In this document: in pieces, positions 55,294-64,000 of the stretch
Position numbering within the stretch: position 1 is the first letter of the stretch
Layout: each line of letters begins with the position of its first letter
From: Podarcis erhardii
Taxonomy: Eukaryota
NCBI GenBank assembly: GCA_964252035.1
Contig: OZ176200.1
Direction: 5' to 3' (one strand)
DNA length: 64,000 nt
The notes under the pieces: generated by a model
The model's input: only the letters and a program-made list of their open reading frames with translations
Databases searched by the model: none
Told to the model about the DNA's origin: nothing
Program-made: the position numbers and the translations under genes

Positions 55294-56313
55294 ACATTCA
55301 CAAAACTTAATGCATAAACAGTGTTCATTGGCAACAGTTCTGGTTTCATTTATCAAATCCCCACCTTATAGGAAAGGATAAATGTCGATTAAATAAGGGA
55401 AAGGGTTAGCATTTTGACAGCAATGGTGTCATGTGGGCACTGAAAAGAAGAAGAAGAAAAACCATGCATGAGGATCACTTATCTCACAAGGAACACCATC
55501 TGGAAGCACCCAGTTGTTGTTTACATTGCGTCTGACGAAGGGGTTTAGTGGAAGAAATAAGGCTTGTATGTGGCTTTTGCGTGGCTTGAAGCAGATGGAG
55601 TTCTGTTGCCAGAACTGAAGGAATCTCTCTCTATGTGTGCTTGGACAACTAAGAAATGCATACTGAAGTTGTAATACTACGGCAAGCTGCTTGAATAATA
55701 CGCCAACCTTTATGTTCAATTACTAAGAAGATGTAACCAAAGAAACAACCTTGCTCAGCTAAGAGAGAGAAGGAAGAGATCAGCAGATGAATCTCACATT
55801 CAAGTTGCATGTGGAGTCTTTCCTCTGCAGCACGGTTTGACAATCTGTTTTCTCGTAAGCATTCGCAGCAACTCATTGACTGCTGTTGTGAAATGGGTTG
55901 CTAAATAAAGGAAGAAAATGTGCTGACTCAGGTTGAGATTTTAGGCGTAGGGTTTTGTGGAAGCAGAAAGCTTATTAATAGCATCATAGCTTCCTGCATG
56001 TTCTGTGAGTACCAAAAACCAGCCCCTGGGAGGAAGTATCCATGGTAGGGAGCAGTCCATGGGAAATCCAAAAATGTGTAAACCAAGAACATGGCGTACA
56101 CACAATATAAACAGTATGAACATATTATACATATTATACACTTACAAAGTGTGAATGTTTCTGCATGCAATATCTCTCTTTTCATCTCTGGTGTGTGTAT
56201 GTTTGTTTATCTGGCAAAGTGGGAGAAAAGTGACCAAGGTGGTGGCACTGATGTTACTTACTCAGAAGTCCAAATGTGCTACACAGCCCAACAAGACCAA
56301 TCTGCCAACATTA

Positions 56314-57028
56314 CAGGGGTCAGCAAACTTTTTCAGCAGAGGGCCGGTCCACTGTCCCACAGACCTTAAAGGGGGCCGGATTTTATTGGGGGGGGGGGGG
56401 GTTGAACGAATTCCTATGCCCCACAAATAACCCAGAGATGCATTTTAAATAAAAGGACACATTCTACACATGTAAAAACATGCTGATTCCCGGACCGTCC
56501 GCAGGCTGGATTTAAAAGGCGATTGAGCTGGATGCGGGCCCCGGGCTTTAGGTTGCCTACCCATGGCCAAAAACATACAAATCAATCTGGCTAACCTGAT
56601 CCAAACACACACACACACCCCACTCACACACAAAAACAAATTTCACTACAGCCAATCAAAGACAACCAACCACACCCTAGGCCACCCCCAACCTCTCTCA
56701 CCACCAAAGAAATACAAGTGAATAGTAAGAAAACCCACACAAGTGACGCTGACACAAAACCCCACACATACACTAATTAGAAGAATAGAAGCATTGCCAC
56801 CTCACCCTACTCGCCATTCCCTCCTCCCCCTCTTCTTCCTAACCTAACACTGTATGTGACACTAATGTCTCACAACAAATGTAACATCTGTAGAAAACAC
56901 AACTTGAAAAAAGAGACAATGCACGTATTTTTGTAAACTAATGAATCTTTAATAAAAATATTTTTTTAAAAAAGAAAAGAAAAGAAATCCAAATGTGCCA
57001 TGGTCCTTAAAAAAGTTGGTGACCCCAG
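56314..57028. mobile_element. hAT (Charlie-like) non-autonomous element, possibly composite
   Basis: Ends CAGGGGTCAGCAAACTTTTT / AAAAAGTTGGTGACCCCAG; no clear TSD. Confidence 0.55.
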
Positions 57029-57523
57029 ACTTAGCATGTCACACATTGTTTAGGCTTGTATGAGAAATTCACCAACCTTCTTACAGAATGTTAATTACCG
57101 GGGTCATTAGGTTTTTACTTGCTTTTGAAGCTCACATTGATTTTTCGGGAGATGTGTGCATTCCCATTTCCTTAGCTTGTTTATTTGTGCACACAGTATA
57201 GTCAGCTTGACATTTCCAAGATTAGAGAGAGGGGCTGCGTGATGCTTTGATGGAGGAACACTATGAGACACTTTCCATATTCCCTGCAGATGGATCTGAG
57301 TACAGTAATTGTATAACCCACTTTGTACTGGGTTGAAACATGCCCTTTCGGAGGAAAAGCTCAACTAAATTTGTGGGGAGCCTTGGCAAGTATCTTTTCC
57401 AATGAATCAGGTGGTCAAGCTCAGAAGGTTATGAATTTTAGAGATAAAACCAGGGGCTGTATAAGATACTTTGGGGCCCTTCATTCTCATGTTAAAAAGT
57501 ATGACTTTGGATATTGATTAGGG

Positions 57524-57659
57524 CAGGCATAGGCAAACTCCGCTCCTCCAGATGTTTGGGACTACAATTCCCATCATCCCTAGCTAACAGGACCAGTGGT
57601 CAGGGATGATGGGAATTGTAGGCCCAAACATCTGGAGGGCTGGAGTTTGCGTATGCCTG
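57524..57659. mobile_element. Palindromic squamate MITE (many diverged copies, e.g. ~4150, 26240, 27620, 43320)
   Basis: CAGGCATAGGCAAACTC...GAGTTTGCGTATGCCTG ends with internal GGACTACAATTCCCATCATCCCT / AGGGATGATGGGAATTGTAG hairpin. Confidence 0.75.
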
Positions 57660-59492
57660 GATTAGGGTGTCCACTTAGGCATTATCAATTAATGAGGAAA
57701 TGCATAACCATAAAAAGAAGACACCAGCTTGCATGTGCTAATTCATATTCACAGGTGCTAATTCAAAAATGCTTACTGTAACTCTACCATTATGATCAGA
57801 TCTATTGACCAGCTGGCCTGTGTGCCTGCTCAGGTCCAGATGCTTCCTTCTGATGTTTCTTTATACCAGGCTTGGATAGGACTGCCCTTCGAAAGCAGGA
57901 CTTCTTGATGGAAAGACACAGCCCTTTCTACAACAGAAAAATGGCTGATAAAACTATTGGACCTGCTTGAGACAGCCAAGTTAACATGTTTAATTGGAGA
58001 AAAAAATCATTACTGACATTGGTTAAGGATTGGAAATTTCTTATAGACTTTTTGTATGAAAGAGAATTTGATATTGTCATACTTGGATTTGAAGGTAGAA
58101 CAAATTATGGGTTATAGAAGGCAGAATGGTTGTATTTTAAGGAATTAATATTATATGTAGCTGCAGCCATGAGGCGGGAAAGCAGTACTTCTTCAGACAG
58201 GTGACTGTTCTCAATAAAGCAGCACACACAGCCACACTATGTTTGCTAGTCCTAAGAAAGGGGGAGGACTTGCCACAAGGATAATAGTACTTGATCAGAA
58301 ACTGCACTCTCTTCCCTGTGCAGCCCCCTCTGTTGCAGTGGTGGCCAGAGGCCTAATTCAGCCTGCCAGGGCTCCCACTTTGGTGTTTTGGGCAAGCAAC
58401 ATCCACGGATAAAGCCGTGGTTGCAAAGGAACAACCAAGAGCCTTTGAATGCACTCTTGATTGAGTATCTATACTTCTTCAAGCTCACTGATCTTTAGTA
58501 TTTTGATTCCCAAGGCTCCTGGGACTGGACACGATTTGTAATCCAGGAACAGGCCTGGGGCGCAAGGATCCCTGTCTCAGTTGATTCCCCATAATAGAAT
58601 CATAGAACTGTAGAGCTGGAAGGGACACAAAAGGTTGTCTGGTCCAACTCCCTGCAATGCAAAATAGATACATGCATTAACTTGGCCTCGGTGAATACAT
58701 CCTTGCTGAAAAGCAGTAAAAACACAGATGGTGAATAGTTGACATATCTCCATCCAGTCCTGACAAGTTGCTTGGCTTTATCACACAAAATGAAGCCAAG
58801 CTCTGAGTTATGATCATTTCTGTATCATTAGGACTTTTTGGTGCTTTATATCCCAATCCCAACTGTGCTACCGATACAAAAAACCACCTGGAAAATGTTT
58901 TGAAGACTCCAGCCCAGAAACTGAACTGAAATTGGGGTGGCCTGGTAAAATAATCAGTGGGGTGGGAAGGGGCCCCACTAGGGAGAGGAAGGGAGAGGAA
59001 GAGAAGAAATTATCTGCATCAAAGCAGGCACGCCTGACAGAAATGATTCTCTGAGTCATCTTCCCCATATCATATGGGCTTAAGAGAGATAATATTATTT
59101 CCCTCAGCCAATCTAGAATATGATGCATAGAGAGAATAGATGTGTATAGAGAGACACCTTCCAAATCCACCATTCTCTGTTCACAATAATGCTACAGGAA
59201 GACATAGGAGAGATATGGTGCTGTTCATATCAAGGTTGTGTTCTGACGGATTGTCAGGACTAGAAGGTGCTTTTAGTTCTGGGATTCAAATGTGGTGTTA
59301 AGACCCCATGTTCCCCCCCACACACTTTTGTTGCACTAGAGCACAAGAGCGTTTCTCAAGACAGCAATAACTTGATGACACTGGGGGTGCAGAAGAATGA
59401 ATAAAGTGGAATGACGTGTGGGCAGTCTAGCATCAATTCACCATTAATGCACTATTTATTCACCAGTGACATGTTGCAGAATGTATCAGCAA

Positions 59493-59502
59493 AACAACAA
59501 CA

Positions 59503-59533
<31 letters not shown>

Positions 59534-59543
59534 CAACAACAAA
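59493..59543 (+). repeat. (CAA/CAG)n microsatellite
   Basis: Direct reading; no splice or domain context for a polyQ exon. Confidence 0.85.
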
Positions 59544-60255
59544 CACCACCACCACCAGTCTGCAGGGTCCCCTATTCTTCCAGACTCACACAAGAATTGA
59601 CGAGAATTGCCAATTCAGAAGTTGTGCTACTGAGGAAAATGGGGAAATCCTTGCAAACCTACCACGCCTTTATATGACTCTTGCAGTTTCAAGTTATCAG
59701 CAATTGTACATGATGGTGCAACTGCCTCTTGACTTCCAGTTTTTGCTTATTAGGCCCCTTGTCCTCCCTTCCTTTCTCCTAATTCAGGCAAGGATCATGA
59801 GATTGTGATGACCTCCAGGGCATGGATATTCTCCATTGCAGATTTTAGACTTTCATTTCACAAAATGTTCTCATTTCCTATTAGGCTGGAAGAGAGTTTT
59901 AAAACTTTGTTGCTCAATCTGAGGCCAGGATGGGTGGGGTCTTGCTAGAATCAACCCCAAGAAATACTTCCCTTCAGCAGCTTTATTCTGTTGACACTCT
60001 ATACCGGCATGCAGAAACTACAAGAATTATCCGGGTATTTTTATGTTCTGTCCCTCAATTCTTTGCCACATCCTATTTGTGGTTAGGACCAGTGTTTCAG
60101 CTAAGTGTGGTGGTGGTGATCACAATATAACATAGATCCATCCATACTAGATAACTGTGCTTGGCTAGTTAAAGAATCTCATGCTGATTTTCTAACACAC
60201 ATTGTGGAGTCACCTGAAGATCTCAGGGCAGTTCACAAAATAAAAACACAAAATA

Positions 60256-60470
60256 CAGTGGTACCTCAGGTTAAGTACTTAATTCGTTCCGGAGGTCTGT
60301 TCTTAACCTGAAACTGTTCTTAACCTGAAGCTAATGGGGCCTCCCGCTGCCGCCGCACCACCGGAGCACGATTTCTGTTCTCATCCTGAAGCAAAGTTCT
60401 TAACCTGAAGCACTATTTCTGCGTTAGTGGAGTCTGTAACCTGAAGCATATGTAACCCGAGGTACCACTG
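60256..60470. mobile_element. Same MITE family, opposite orientation, abutting gap
   Basis: TIRs CAGTGGTACCTC; body is reverse complement of 23586 copy. Confidence 0.88.
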
Positions 60471-60471
60471 T

Positions 60472-60602
60472 NNNNNNNNNNNNNNNNNNNNNNNNNNNNN
60501 NNNNNNNNNNNNNNNNNNNNNNNNNNNNNNNNNNNNNNNNNNNNNNNNNNNNNNNNNNNNNNNNNNNNNNNNNNNNNNNNNNNNNNNNNNNNNNNNNNNN
60601 NN
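60472..60602. other. Assembly gap (131 N)
   Basis: N run next to MITE. Confidence 0.99.
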
Positions 60603-61499
60603 CCTAAAGTCGGAGAATAATTCTAAACACATGCACATTCTAATCACTTCATCTTTTCTGTATGTGGGCACCATCTACACATGCAGCTGAATCAGCTGAA
60701 AATGAAGTTCTGAGGTGGACAAATGGAGTGTTACCTTTTAGGCTGCAGTTTTAGGATGGGGGGGGTATTACTTTTACAGGCATTAAGAAAACTAGCCCAG
60801 CAGGTAAAAGGCTGGTTTTCATCCAGGAATTCCCCTAATAAAATGCATTTTTGAATGTTATTTTCACTAGCATAGGCACTTTAGGCAAATTACTTGACTG
60901 GAGAACTGCATTGCAAAAATTGGAGAAGTACAGATTTCAAAGGATGGCTACAATTTGGTTCACATATTGTTTTAGAAAGAGGTTCGCCTTTGAATGTGAG
61001 TTGAATGAAATTTCTCCCTGCTCTCTGTGCAGAAAAAACATGGAGCTCCCAACTCCATGTTGTGTCTTCTCATAACACTAATGTGGAAGAAGTGATGCAC
61101 TTGTGAGAGGGATTTTTATTACTGCTGTGGGATGGATATATATATATATATATATGTTTGTATATGGACTCAAAGACACATCTGATATGGTAGGTGATCC
61201 ACTGATCATGGAGATAGGTTTCTAGTCAACTCACTGAATCAGCAATATCCTTATCCTTTATCCAATCATTGCTTTGTTAGCAAATGTATTTTGCTCGTCT
61301 ATTAAAAATAAAATAAAATCATACTAATACTACATCTTTACCATGGTTTTTTTTTTTACAAGTTAAAGCTTTTTATTTTCTGTGACCCACCTCTTTTGCT
61401 GAATTTATTCCCCTCCTCCTGCTAGGAATTGTGGGTAATGAAATCCCAAAAAAGTTCAGGGGAGTCTTTATGTATGTTACAGTTGCTGCCAGAATGCTA

Positions 61500-62135
61500 A
61501 TCGCAGAAGGCTGCAAGGGAGAGGATATTCCATCTAAATTAGAATGCCGAAGCAAAGTAAGAGAGTACGCTGAGCTGCCAAGATTATCTGCAAGGTTAAG
61601 ATAATCACTTTACAGATGAAAAATTTATCAGAGAGTGGGATATATACAGAGTATATGTAAAAGAACACTGTCAAAAGATCAATCTGTTGGCAGGTCTTGA
61701 TTAAGCTTCAGTGTGTAAGTAGGATAATTTTATAAAATAAAATTTATAGTAAGTCAAATAACATAGAGAAAGTAAAGCAGAATTGGACAAAATGACAGAA
61801 AGGATTCGAAACCTGCGGGACCAGAGATTTACAGAAGATTGGAAGAAGTATATGAATTATTTGAAGAGCAACTGTAATCAACAAATTACGCTAGTAGGAC
61901 AACAAGAAGTTTTGTAAGGAGAAATATACGAAGTGTTACAAAGTAGAAAAAGATAGAGATATTGGTTATGAGTTTGAAATGTAATAGGGAAGATAAGAAA
62001 TGCATACTGAGAGATTAGATTGGAAAATTTTCAGACAGGATTGATGGAAGTCAAAAAAATTGAATAAGATGTAAAAGTATGTTTAATTACTGTTGAAAAT
62101 GATATGTTAAAAAACTAATAAAAAATTATATATAT
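61500..62135 (+). mobile_element. L1-like LINE 3' fragment
   Basis: A-rich strand-biased sequence ending AATAAAAAA then (TA)n/(GA)n. Confidence 0.5.
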
Positions 62136-62155
62136 AGATTGCTGAATATCCAAGA

Positions 62156-62162
<7 letters not shown>

Positions 62163-62196
<34 letters not shown>
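62163..62196 (+). repeat. (GA)n microsatellite
   Basis: Direct reading. Confidence 0.9.
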
Positions 62197-62199
<3 letters not shown>

Positions 62200-64000
62200 T
62201 AAAGCTTAAGTGTGTATTTAAGGAACTTATTTCAGGAACGCAAGGGGAAGCTTGGAGGTTTTGTCAAATCTAAGCACAAATGGATGTACAAAGCAAGTAT
62301 TAGTTAAAGAATGAATAATTGTTTATTTTGTATTTCCTATTTTGCCTGTAACATCTATTGCATATTTCTGTTATAAAGTTTTCAACCAATAAAACATTTT
62401 TTAAAAAAGAATTTATACCCCCCCATTCCATTTGGAATAGCTTTGCTTGTTTTATAACGGTTTCATATGTTTTTATAATTCTATATTCTGTTGCTGTAAT
62501 CCACCCCGGGATTTTACGGTGAAAAGTGGGTAAGAAATCTTACAAATAAATTGCCTCTTAAGGGTAATGCAGATGGATTGTCATGAATGAGAACAAATGA
62601 TGGGATACTCAGAAGCCTTTATATCTTACCTGTATGTGTCTTACTGCTGGAATGAAAACCAAAGTTGAACAAAGCATACATATGGGGATGAGATGGGGGG
62701 ATGGGGACAGGGACAATGTGGTCTCTTTCTTTAAACAGCCAATAAAGTTTGATAGGAATGGATTTAAAAGGCATGAAAATGAAATAGTGGAAAAGGGGAA
62801 CACATTCTGGAAAGCAAATGTGCAGCTTATTAGTAAAATGTTTGAACTCTAGGCAATTATTCTAGACTGTCATTGTTTACCTTTATTAATCAGCATCTAA
62901 TATTTGCAAATCACTGCAATAATCTTAATGGAATGAAGAGGCCTTGCATGAAGGAAGGCGATTTATAGCCATGCCTTTGTTTAAATTAGCTTAGCAGATG
63001 TTCACAGAGACTCCCGTGTGGAATGCTGCCTTTCCGAGACAAATTTGGGGCTTGATGCAGAGTCTTTGAAGTCAGTATGATCTTTTCTGTCAGATTCCCG
63101 ATAATAACAGTCCTCAAGTCACTTACGCCACAGACATTCTGGGAAATTTAGGACTTTCAGAGCGCTCACAATGGAGTAATGCTTGGAAATTTCACATTGA
63201 AACGAAATGAATTCTAGTGCAGCTTTGTCTTGTCCAAAAGGGAACAGGTTCCAGTGCACATGTGTCCTTTTACAAAAATAAAATATTATATATATATATA
63301 TATATATCTGAAAGCTTAAATTCTGAATTCAGAATGCTGTGAGCGGCTATGCAGAAGTATAGGGTCCAAAAATAAGCCAGGGGCCACACAGAAGTAATAC
63401 GATGTCTTATTTGGATTCAGATCGAAGTTGGGTCAAATGAGGTCTGGATCAGTCCAGGCCGGATCAGGTCTGATCTGTATTTACAAATGCGGGCCACAGA
63501 TCGGATCAGGGGAATTGGTTGGCCTTTCTGGAAATATTTGCACATTGCCATTTCATATGGTTAGTACCTCGTCCTCCTGTCCCTGACTATTATTCTCTTT
63601 CAACGACTTTTAGCTACCTCAAGTGGTCCCTCAGGGTAGAAAGTCTGGGAACCACCGCTCTATGAGGAAGGCATTGGCAAGAGCCTTCCTCTTAAGTAAG
63701 GGGGAAATGAAGTAAACGAAGCACTTCTCTATGCAGCTAGTCAAAGGGTCATTCGTGTTCACAGTCAGCCTCAAGGGAAAGAAGATCTGGAAAGTTACAT
63801 TCATTTGTGGCCTAGAACATATAATTTGCCTAAATGACAAAAATGAAAAACAGACTTAGGAAAGTAGGCTTAGTGTGCTTTACTTTGCTATTGTGTCCAC
63901 TATCAAGGAAGGATCTCATTCCCCCCGAAATTGGTTGTGAAGTCTGGAGAAATCTTTCAGAACTCTTCATAGACTCCTTTGGACTTACCCTGAATCTATT

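Noticed and set aside
59411-59677. PolyQ-containing ORF
   Set aside because: Explained by a CAG/CAA microsatellite; no exon context

Overview
Squamate (probably lacertid lizard; inferred from Sauria SINE, Bov-B and Squam3-like repeats) genomic DNA with three N-gaps. Two main elements. (1) A complete, very young 7.7-kb endogenous retrovirus on the minus strand (7968-15668). Its 594-bp LTRs differ at one base and it has a 6-bp TSD. The backbone is betaretrovirus-like (gag with PPPY/PSAP, gag-pro GGGAAAC plus pseudoknot, dUTPase-like domain in pro, Rem/Rec-like ~98-aa Env signal peptide). It also has alpharetrovirus (ASLV)-like traits: a perfect tRNA-Trp PBS, here triplicated, and ASLV-type SU/TM. 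Further oddities are a +1 pro-pol junction, YTDD RT motif, TA instead of TG at the U3 end, a candidate 3' accessory exon, and 1-nt breaks in gag and env. (2) A full 17-exon MARCO gene on the minus strand (52373-29495, ~501 aa as reconstructed by hand), with a GC-AG intron and an extra decayed collagen exon. The rest is SINEs, LINE fragments, MITEs, Penelope-like hairpins and LTR-like relics. All calls come from reading the sequence; no database search was run.
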